Source: Balanoglossus misakiensis
Lineage: Eukaryota > Animalia > Hemichordata
Direction of reading: 5' to 3'
DNA: 64,000 nucleotides
Assembly (NCBI GenBank): GCA_040954595.2
Contig: CM082582.2
Coordinates: forward strand, 1,178,001-1,242,000
A program made the position numbers and the translations under genes. Positions 47,780 through 58,406 of the stretch are shown here, one piece after another; position 1 is the stretch's first letter; each line of letters opens with the position of its first letter. The notes beneath the pieces are model-generated. The model ran no database searches, was not told the origin of the DNA, and saw only the letters and a program-made list of their open reading frames with translations.

Positions 47780-49142
47780 CTATGGTGGTGGGCGCGTCTT
47801 CCACTCGGCACTCCTCCGCGCACGCTTGGGGGATAAAAAATGCATCAAAAACCCCTGGCGCGTCCTCGCTCCCCCTGCGTCGATGGATTCTGTGCGACTG
47901 CTTCCGCCCCCGTCCTCTCTGGTTGCTGTGTCCGGATTGATGATGTTTTTCGGTGAGGTCGGATTTCCCGGAATTCTTCCTGTCGTGATTGGGATACCCA
48001 CCTCAGCAGTATGCTAAGGACACGCCAGTGGATGAGAATCGCTGGTGTGGTGGGGGAGCTCAGTCGGAACCTGTTCGGCACCTCCCACCCCTGGAAGACG
48101 CACAGGCGCTTCATCATCACCATGGACTCCGGTGAACAAAAGGATTCCGTAGGGATCCGTCCAGGTCCGCCCCTGCGGATATAGAAGTCTAGCAGGTCGG
48201 GTATTTCATTTCCTGGACCACACAGCCAGTATAGGTGAGTTTCTCTAACGCCTCCACCGCGTCCCACTCGCGGAATACTACCGGCTTCTCAGTAAAAATA
48301 ACTGGAAGGTGGCACTGAAAGGCGTGTTTCTTCAGTTTGCGCGTGGACCTCCGGCCTCCCGGGAACGGACATGGAGAAGGGCCTGATGAGTAATGTGGAA
48401 CAGAGGATAGGGGGCTCCTTCAGGCCGGCCTGGCGCTCCTCCAGCGGCGTTCGTCTTCTTTGGGCGGTTCCGGCGTTGGATACCGGATCGGTGATCGACG
48501 TCTGGGGCTGAGATCTCCCCAGCGTGAAAAGGATGGTCGTTCACGGGAAGGTGGCCGGTCCCGCCTTTCCTCTCGAGAACGCTCCGGTCGCGGCGACCGG
48601 GTTGGGGATCTGGACCTAGTAGGGCTGCCGGGGTGGCGTCGAAGTTCCCAGGGGATTAGATATTCCCCCGCCTCCAACGTCGCCTCCAGCTCCAATGGGT
48701 TGATCAGTGACTGCAGCGGCAGCATTTCTTGGCGTGGGGGTGATGGCTCCTACAGCAGCCGTTGGTTTCCCCCGTCTCTCGCTACTGCTATTGGGGGTGA
48801 TACACGGGTGCGGGGTGGGTCTGGCCCTTCCGACACCTCCATCGCCTGGTCCTTGTCACCACCGAGTACCTGCTTTTCCAGCTGCGGATCCCGGAAGATG
48901 CTCAAAGTTTCCTCCAGGTCGTCAGCTGCGGTGGTGGTTCTTGTGGGCTCTTGCGGGGAGATATGGCCAACGAATCCCCCACGTACGCGGCCTGGATTGA
49001 ACTCCCGAGGTAGTGTGCAGGTTTTTATGGCTGCGTCGGATGGTACGGGCAGGTTGGCTTCGGTCTTTTCCTTCCCGTATACATGCATGGCCTCCTCCCG
49101 TACCGTGGACATCCATCCTATGTCGCCTAGAACCGTGGCTAC
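47780..49142 (-). pseudogene. decayed GC-rich ORF with an RS/SP-rich segment, probably TE-derived
   Basis: GC island in AT-rich DNA; consecutive minus-strand ORF pieces 48750-49142, 48420-48725, 47845-48267 broken by stops and frameshifts; motifs KKHAFQCHLP and PTTPAILIHWRVLSILL. Confidence 0.55.
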
Positions 49143-49187
49143 CTGACAGTTCTCACGGAGCATCAGGAACAGTATTTTATGTCTCAC

Positions 49188-50400
49188 CTCCACTTCAGTT
49201 GTCGCTGTTGTATCTAATGTGGACGATGTTTTATATCTGTTGATAACCAATGGGCCTAGTTTAACTGTGGCACCTACATCCAGTGGCAGCGCTGTTTTCT
49301 CACCCCAAAGGTTGACTTCAGCATCTCTTGTGCCATCAGTTATGGTCAGTTTACGTCTCTTTGTAGAATTCGATGTATGTGTCACTGATTCATACTGTAG
49401 TGGAAATAAAATGGAAAACATTGAATGTTAATAATTACGAGTAGTAAATGTTGTGGAGAAATAGTGCAAGAGTGGTTGTTTTTTGTCAGTTGCTTTTTAA
49501 AATTTGAACTGCAAAATGATGAATCGATGGCAGTAATTTTGACCCGAGGTGAGTTGACAAGGCATGGTTGTATCATATAAATGGATTTTCAATGTACGTG
49601 ATCGCATGGAGGCTGCCATATTGGATTACATCCGAAGACCTTCCCATTGGGCTTCGGTTGAATTCGGGAAAGGTCTCTAAAATGTAATGGGTCATTCAAT
49701 TTTGTAGAGTAAATTTCTAAAAATGTAGAAGATGGGAGGTTAAGATACCCAAAATGACTACGGCAAAAAAAAAGTCAGGCCCATAAGTTACGGGGTGCGA
49801 TTATAACGTACCTTTGCTCTATCATAGAGGCAAATGGTATTATCTCTTCCAGTGGAAAAGTTCCAGAACGTTGCCATCCTGCTGCATACAAGGCACGCTA
49901 AACAGTTTCCCGTTGGCGGAATTCCGGATCTCGACATCCTCCATGAGGCGCAATTTCAGTGCCACGCCTTGGCTGGTTGGGGATGAGGGACCGGGAGCCG
50001 GGGATGCCATAACGCCGTTAAACCTGAAAAATAGATTGAGAGTGGATATTGTTTTACACAATTTTTGAACATTGAAGTAAAGTATTAGAATGATGGAGTC
50101 CGATAAAAAAGTGAGTTGGTGATTGCGGCATCCGACTTCGTTATTAAAAATGGAAAGATTTGCGATTTGAGATTCGGTTACCATTTGCAAGTTTGAAAGG
50201 AAATATTTCATTGAAGCACAGTGGCAACTACTGGGTTATGGAGAATTTTTGAAATGTTGATGAACGGAGACTTATTAGAATCAATGAAAACCTACCTTTA
50301 ACGGTGTTACGGTTACTAAACGTGAGAGACCGCTTGTCTCGTTCATCCGATTCTGAGCTCCTAGCTCTTGTGGAGACATGCGGAGGTACAGCGGGTTAAC
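49188..50400 (-). pseudogene. spliced tandem OB-fold (RPA1-like ssDNA-binding) pseudogene, left copy
   Basis: Non-coding exon ending 50296 (AAG|GTAGG); exon 50023-49812 with ATG at 50010; exon 49394-49188 KRRKLTITDGTRDAEVNLWGEKTALPLDVGATVKLG; frame broken by a deletion near 49860. Confidence 0.62.
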
Positions 50401-53400
50401 GGTTAGAAAGTGTTGATGAAAGAAATAAGTTTATAGGCCAATCAGGAGTTAGATTCGAATGTCCGAAAATGAGAAACCATAGGCGAACGCAACAGACAGC
50501 AATTTAAATTTGCATAACTAGAGGTTTGGGTGGAAAGATTTCAGAATTTAACGCACATATACAGATATTTTGTAGTGGAAATTTGAGTATATTATAAATA
50601 GTACATGTAATAAGACTGTGAATTGATTTTATTTACTGACAATTAAATGAAGTTACCCTTTGAGTATGGGTGTTTATCGAGGGGGGGGGTCCAAAAAAAT
50701 GTTAGAAACTGTTGAAGATGAAACCGGAAAGATGTAGCAAATTCGTTAGTTTTCCCTTTTTTGGAAATTATGCTCGAAGCGTGTGATTGGTCAATTAGTC
50801 AGAAGGGGATTGGTTGGAAATAGTCGAATATGATTGGGCAATAAGTTCGAAGCTGAAATCCCTCAGGCTGTATAAATACGGTGTTTGTGGCGTGTACTAA
50901 TGGAGTATGGCTGGGGTGTGTTGTGTCGAGCAGTCTAGTATATCATTTGTGGGGCATTGAATATTTAGAACAAAGTTCTCTATGTCGGACTTCCTAACAT
51001 ATACTCGATCGTTGATAACAAAACGAGCAGATATTTTTGTGCAAATAGTGTGCGCAAAACAACAACTAAACATGAAGACAACAAGATAGTACTGCGTGCG
51101 GTGCGACTCGGTTGTAAGCGTCAAGTCAAAAACTGCAAAGACATGCAACAGGTGTAAATATAGTCGACTGAAATGCTGAAAAACCATGAATATCGATTGG
51201 CTCAAAGTGATGGGAATCGGCTCAACTTACCGGAGGGAATTGGTACATTATATAACGAGTAAACTAGAACGAAAGAAATCCCAGCGTGAACACTGGAAAT
51301 TGTTCATAAATTAATATTTATACATGTATGTGTATATTGCGTAACCTTCGAAAATTCGAATATCATTAGCACTTGGCCTAAAAAGTTGTGCATTGCGAGT
51401 GGGACACTGGGCAATTATTTTTATGGGCCGCCATCGCTATGCAGTTTAGATGTAGTATTTTACTCAACGTTTACCGGCAAGTGAGTGATTTGCTTTCAGA
51501 AGGTAATGAGACGGAAATAAACTTATGCAATCAGAGTTAATTATTCGTGAGAATACAAACTTTTGTACTAGATTTATTGTAATTTTTCAGTGTATACTCC
51601 TGGCCTTCGCAGGACTTTCATTTTTTACCCGGTTTGTGTGTTTTCGGGTTACCCATGGGCACTCTCTACCTGTTTTAAAACTCTGAACAAGTCGATGTCA
51701 CGTGTATCATTTTATGTACGACGTACATCATTATAATAATGCTATAGTGAAGTTTTTAAAAAAGGAAATATTTTTTTAGTGTTATTCTCTTCGTTTTTTT
51801 TATGACTGAAATATGCTTGTGCTTGATGGAAAAACCGGATTCAACCTTAGCTTAATATATGCATTATCGTTCGCAACTGACGTCATATAATGTAGCAATT
51901 TCCCTCCGGTTAAATTGAACCAATCGGCATTCCAGTTTTTCCACCATTTCACTCGAATATCTAACTCCAGGATCCTGATTGGCCTATGTAATTAATCATT
52001 CCTTTCATCAACACTTCCTAACCGTTAACCCGCTGTACCTCCGCATGTCTCCACAAGAGCTAGGAGCTCAGAATCGGTCGGACGCAGACCAGCGGTCTGT
52101 CAGGTGTAGTAACCCTAACACCGTTAAAGGTAGGTTTTCATTTATTCTATTATAAGTCTCCGTTCATCAACATTTCAAAGATTCTCAATAATGCAGTAGT
52201 TGCCACTGTACTTCAATGAAATATTTCCTTTCAAACTTGCAAATGGTAACCGAATCTCAAATCGCAAATCTTTCCATTTTTAATAACGAAGTCGGATGGT
52301 TATGGAGAATTTTTGAAATGTTGATGAACGGAGACTTATTAGAATCAATGAAAACCTACCTTTAACGGTGTTACGGTTACTAAACGTGAGAGACCGCTTG
52401 TCTCGTTCATCCGATTCTGAGCTCCTAGCTCTTGTGGAGACATGCGGAGGTACAGCGGGTTAACGGTTAGAAAGTGTTGATGAAAGAAATAAGTTTATAG
52501 GCCAATCAGGAGTTAGATTCGAATGTCCGAAAATGAGAAACCGTAGGCGAACGCAACAGACAGCAATTTAAATTTGCATAACTAGAGGTTTGGGTGGAAA
52601 GATTTCAGAATTTAACGCACATATACAGATATTTTGTAGTGGAAATTTGAGTATATTATAAATAGTACATGTAATAAGACTGTGAATTGATTTTATTTAC
52701 TGACAATTAAATGAAGTTACCCTTTGAGTATGGGTGTTTATCGAGGGGGGGGGGGTTCAACAAAATGTTAGAAACTGTTGAAGATGAAACCGGAAAGATA
52801 TAGCAAATTCGTTAGTTTTCCCTTTTTTGGAAATTATGCTCGAAGCGTGTGATTGGTCAATTAGTCAGAAGGGGATTGGTTGGAAATAGTCGAATATGAT
52901 TGGGCAATAAGTTCGAAGCTGAAATCCCTCAGGCTGTATAAATACGGTGTTTGTGGCGTGTACTAATGGAGTATGGCTGGGGTGTGTTGTGTCGAGCAGT
53001 CTAGTATATCATTTGTGGGGCATTGAATATTTAGAACAAAGTTCTCTATGTCGGACTTCCTAACATATACTCGATCGTTGATAACAAAACGAGCAGATAT
53101 TTTTGTGCAAATAGTGTGCGCAAAACAACAACTAAACATGAAGACAACAAGATAGTACTGCGTGCGGTGCGACTCGGTTGTAAGCGTCAAGTCAAAAACT
53201 GCAAAGACATGCAACAGGTGTAAATATAGTCGACTGAAATGCTGAAAAACCATGAATATCGATTGGCTCAAAGTGATGGGAATCGGCTCAACTTACCGGA
53301 GGGAATTGGTACATTATATAACGAGTAAACTAGAACGAAAGAAATCCCAGCGTGAACACTGGAAATTGTTCATAAATTAATATTTATACATGTATGTGTA

Positions 53401-54362
53401 TATTGCGTAACCTTCGAAAATTCGAATATCATTAGCACTTGGCCTAAAAAGTTGTGCATTGCGAGTGGGACACTGGGCAATTATTTTTATGGGCCGCCAT
53501 CGCTATGCAGTTTAGATGTAGTATTTTACTCAACTTTTACCGGCAAGTGAGTGATTTGCTTTCAGAAGGTAATGAGACGGAAATATACTTATGCAATCAG
53601 AGTTAATTATTCGTGAGGATACAAACTTTTGTACTAGATTTATTGTAATTTTTCAGTGTATACTCCTGGCCTTCGCAGGACTTTCATTTTTTACCCGGTT
53701 TGTGTGTTTTCGGGTTACCCATGGGCACTCTCTACCTGTTTTAAAACTCTGAACAAGTCGATGTCACGTGTATCATTTTATGTACGACGTACATCATTAT
53801 AATAATGCTATAGTGAAGTTTTTAAAAAGGAAATATTTTTTTAGTGTTATTCTCTTCGTTTTTTTTTATGACTGAAATATGCTTGTGCTTGATGGAAAAA
53901 CCGGATTCAACCTTAGCTTAATATATGCATTATCGTTCGCAACTGACGTCATATAATGTAGCAATTTCCCTCCGGTTAAATTGAACCAATCGGCATTCCC
54001 GTTTTTCCACCATTTCACTCGAATATCTAACTCCAGGATCCTGATTGGCCTATGTAATTAATCATTCCTTTCATCAACACTTCCTAACCGTTAACCCGCT
54101 GTACCTCCGCATGTCTCCACAAGAGCTAGGAGCTCAGAATCGGTCGGACGCAGACCAGCGGTCTGTCAGGTGTAGTAACCCTAACACCGTTAAAGGTAGG
54201 TTTTCATTTATTCTATTATAAGTCTCCGTTCATCAACATTTCAAAGATTCTCAATAATGCAGTAGTTGCCACTGTACTTCAATGAAATATTTCCTTTCAA
54301 ACTTGCAAATACTACTTGAACCGAATCGCAAACCTTTCCATTTTTAATAACGAAGTCGGATG
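50234..54362 (+). repeat. near-identical ~2.06-kb direct tandem duplication (50234-52297 / 52298-54362)
   Basis: Identical ORFs at 50897-51205 and 52963-53271; only scattered differences seen. Confidence 0.95.
50783..50880 (+). promoter_or_regulatory. promoter-like module: three inverted CCAAT boxes followed by TATAAATA (duplicated at ~52849-52946)
   Basis: GATTGG at ~50785, ~50808, ~50832; CTGTATAAATACGG at ~50867. Confidence 0.5.
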
Positions 54363-55845
54363 CCGAAATTACCAACTCACTTTTTTTATCGGATTCCATC
54401 ATTCTAATACTTTACTTCAATGTTCAAAAATTGTGTAAAACAATATCCACTTTCAATCTATATTTCAGGTTTAACGGCTATTTGTGCAACATTTGACAGT
54501 ACTCACATCATGGACTTTTCCTACAACGCACACCCTCTTCTTCTGTGGAGATATCTCGACTTCTGATATCATTATTTGTGGCGGATGATACAATTCTGTT
54601 ACAAATTTTTCAGGTATATCCATCGCTTTTCGCCCGCAAGGTATGATCTGGAAAAAAGTTTGGCGTAGTCTGTAAGTTGTGTGACTGAATCCGTAAAGGT
54701 GGCATTTGGAGGAAAAATTTTGAGCATTTTTATCAGTAATCTAGTTTGTTTAAAATATTGGAACGCGATCAAAAATAAATGCGACTTGTAAACGAGTGCC
54801 GCGTTTGAATCGGTATTGACGATAAACATCGGTAATCGGCGATGAAATCAATGGATTTTCAATGTACGTGATCGCATGGAGGCTGCCATATTGGATTACA
54901 TCCGAAGACCTTCCGATAAGTTTCGGGGTGCGATTATAACATACCTTTGCTCTTTCATAGAGGCAAATGGTATTATATCTTCCAGTGGAAAAGTTGCGGA
55001 GCTGTATGTATTCTCTCTTCTGTTATCTGTTCAGCTATTTCGGATTTTCTTTCCAGAATTTAAGTTCCAGAACGTTGCCATCCTGCTGCATACAAGGCAC
55101 GCTAAACAGTTTGCCGTTGGCTGAATTCCGGATCTAGACTGTATCCTCAATGAGGCACAATTTCACTGCCACTCCTTGGCTGCATGGTTGCAGATGATGG
55201 AGCTAAGGTACGTAACAATCGCACCCCGAAACGCCTGGGCCCTTTTTTGTGTGTAGTCATTGTTGGTATGTTAACCTCCCATGTCCTACATTTTTAGAAA
55301 TTTAGTATACAAAATTGGATGACCGATTATGTTTTAGAGACCTTTCCCGAATCCACCTGAAGCCCAGTCGGAATGTCTTGGGATGTAACCTAAATTCAAT
55401 ATGGCCGCCTCCATGCGTTCACTTGCATTAAAAAAAAAAAAACGTTGATTTTATCTCCGAGTGGCGGTGTTTATCGTCAGTACCAATTGAAACGCGGCAC
55501 TCGCTTACAGGTCGCATTTTTATTTTTGAGCGCGTTCTAATATTCTAGAAAGAAAAAAATGATAGTTTCGAGTACAGATTACATGTATTTTAAAACGAGG
55601 TTTGGTCACAATGGTATCACTACTAAATGACTTACAATCGATGTTTTTAATTGTCTTTGCACCACAGTATGAATCCTGTGATGGTAAATCGCATTCAACT
55701 TAGAAGGCGTGGAGTAAGTGCAACTGATGGTAACTGGGATACCAAACTGAAACTTTTGGGAGAGAAAACCTTGCCATGCATGGACGTGGGTGGCACAGTT
55801 AAACTTGGGTTAAATACTACAGCGACAACTGAAGTCCCGGTGAGA
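54040..55845 (+). pseudogene. right (inverted) copy of the OB-fold gene, rearranged, with an internal minus-strand copy of exon 2 at ~54945-55190
   Basis: 54040-54478 mirrors 50020-50450; 55205-55430 mirrors 49590-49815; 55668-55840 encodes ATDGNWDTKLKLLGEKTLPCMDVGGTVKLG..NTTATTEVP|GTGAG. Confidence 0.62.
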
Positions 55846-57369
55846 TATTATAAAATACTCTTACATCATAAAATTGAAATCCTACATGTCAATAATTTCA
55901 TATTTTCACTAATGTTTAGCAAAAAACAACTGCTCTCAACAAACCTTACCCCTCCCCCTCTTGTATTGTCAGTGTTTTGTAATCTATCAGTAACAATCCA
56001 TTTTTTTCTCTCAAGGTGTTAAAAGAACCTATAGCTACTGGTGATGACATGATACCGTCCATGGGGTGTTGGAGGTAATACACTTTGTAAGTATTAACCA
56101 GTCAGGACGTAAGTGGGGTAATTACGGCGGTGAGATCAAAGAGATCTATTTGAATGTGAAAGTCGCTGAGTGGCAGTTACGGCCAGTTCGAAAAATTTTC
56201 AAACGGAGATTTTCGGTACTACAAGTGATCGTAGTGCACCCATTTTTCTAAGACGTGTATGAAACACCATAGTCAATGATAGGATGATTTTTCGTGAAGT
56301 TTTAACGACGCTTTCCCGAGAAAGACAGTTTTGGTATGTTGGTTTAAATTGTGGTCCTTGACTCTCGGCAAAGATTTCTTGTCTTGAAAAAAATTGGGTA
56401 GGTTAGGAAGATATTGAACTAAGTTACCGTGAAATTATAATAGTGTGAGCCGCTCCGTTGTGGAGTAATGACGGTGTAAAAATTGCCTTCGCCATCGACG
56501 AGTACAGCCGTGTTTGCCATATGTGTATGCATTGAAGTAGGTCAACGCATGTTAACCCTTGACGTAATGGCTTCCTTTTCAACGCGTCGTTATCTCTCAT
56601 TAGCATATTACATACGGAGTCTATACACTATTCACGCTGACTGACTTCTCAGGACTGACCTATGGCACAGTAAATTGTGGTCCTTGACTCTCGGCATGGA
56701 TATATTCATGTCAAAATTATGAATAGAGGAGTTTAATAATGTTTCTAAAACCTGAGGGGGTTAATTTTTGTGTGGGTATGGCTGATATATTTTTTTTTTG
56801 TAACTTCAAGGTCACTTTGAATTTCGTGATCACAATTTTGTCAGTGGAAGTAAAGAAATTCTTCTCGATAAAACTTCATGAAAAATCACATGTAGTACAC
56901 TCATAGTACCAGTAATGTGCCTGGGGTGAAATAATTGTCAGAAATGGGTTGCTAGTTGCTTAACTTTCGTTGTGAAAAAAGTTGAAAAACTGTATGCAAA
57001 TGAGCAATTCAAACGTTACTGGCCAGTTCAAGTGTTTGCATTGCATGATCCCCTGCTGTTTAATTATCCCACTTACGTCCTGACTGTAACTGCAGTAGTT
57101 GCTTACATCAGACTCCCACTATCTGCACGCAAGTTGTGGATGGATTTGCAGAGAGAGAGGCTAGTACACGGCACTCATGTGGACCTGCACTACCACATTT
57201 CTATTCAACATCAGGTCTCTGAGTAAAAAGATGGCCATGTAAATTTTCTCTAAGTTTGTTAGAGAAATAAAGTACAACTTTAGTGTTTCACTAATTGAGT
57301 TTCAGTGTTCTTGTATTGTCTCGTTTGCCCCATGCCAACCTCAAAGTAAACGTCAAATTTGCCATTTTT

Positions 57370-58406
57370 GACTTATTTGTCCTTGTAGTGGGCCACATAG
57401 CATTTTAGTGCAACTTATGAAAATCTGAAGAACCAAATGCCTAAGTTACCCATTCTGCACAGATTTATTTCAATGGTACAGACTTGATGATCAGTATAGC
57501 GCCCTCTGTGGTAGTATTTGGGGGGGGGGGTTAACCTAGCCTTTGTATGTTTATCCCTGTCCGGTTCCATTCCACTTGTATCTATGGTAACCTAATTATC
57601 AGCAGTAAAGGCCACAGCTTTGAAACAGTTTTAATATCAAGCACTCTGAATTACACGGCCATTCTCATTGGTGCATATAGTGTAGTCACGTTGTATTTTA
57701 CTGCAACTGGTGAAAGTCTCCTAAAAAACCAAATGTGTCTTTACCCACTGTGCACAGAGTATTTGAATGATACTCAGTTGATGGTCATATAGTATAGCGC
57801 CCTCTGTGGTAGTATTTTGATTATGGAGGTGGGGTTAAATCTTGTCTTTGCATATGTTTATCCCTGTCATGTTGCATTGGGCTTTTATCTATGGTAACCT
57901 AATTATCATCAGTAAAGGCCACAACTATGAAACAGTTTTAATATCAAGCACTCTCTGAATTACATGGCCATTCTCATTGGTGTATATAGTGTAGTCACGT
58001 TGTATTTTACTACAACTGATGAAAGTCTCCTAAAAAACCAAATGTGTCTTTACCCACTGTGCACAGAGTATTTGAATGATACTCAGTTGATGGTCATATA
58101 GTATAGCGCCCTCTGTGGTAGTATTTTGATTATGGAGGTGGGGTTAAATCTTGTCTTTGCATATGTTTATCCCTGTCACGTTGCATTGGGCTTGTATCTA
58201 TGGTAACCTAATTATCAGCAGTAAAGGCCACAACTATGAAACAGTTTTAATATCAAGCACTCTCTGAATTACATGGCCATTCTCATTGGTTTATATAGTG
58301 TAGTCACGTTGTATTTTTCTACAACTGATGAAAGTCTCCTAAAAAACCAAATGTGTCTTTACCCACTGTGCACAGAGTATTTGAATGATACTCAGTTGAT
58401 GGTCAT
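57370..58406 (+). repeat. ~300-bp tandem repeat, ~3.3 copies
   Basis: TATAGCGCCCTCTGTGGTAGTATTT recurs at ~57495, 57793, 58102. Confidence 0.9.

Noticed and set aside
48460-49146. 228-aa plus-strand ORF
   Set aside because: Antisense shadow of the GC-rich RS/SP-rich minus-strand frame.
50897-51205. Identical 102-aa minus-strand ORFs (also 52963-53271) as a conserved gene
   Set aside because: Identity is explained by the recent 2-kb duplication; no ATG start and no domain signal.
56345-56697. 25-bp direct repeat AAATTGTGGTCCTTGACTCTCGGCA about 326 bp apart
   Set aside because: Only two copies, too long for a typical TSD and no element features between them.
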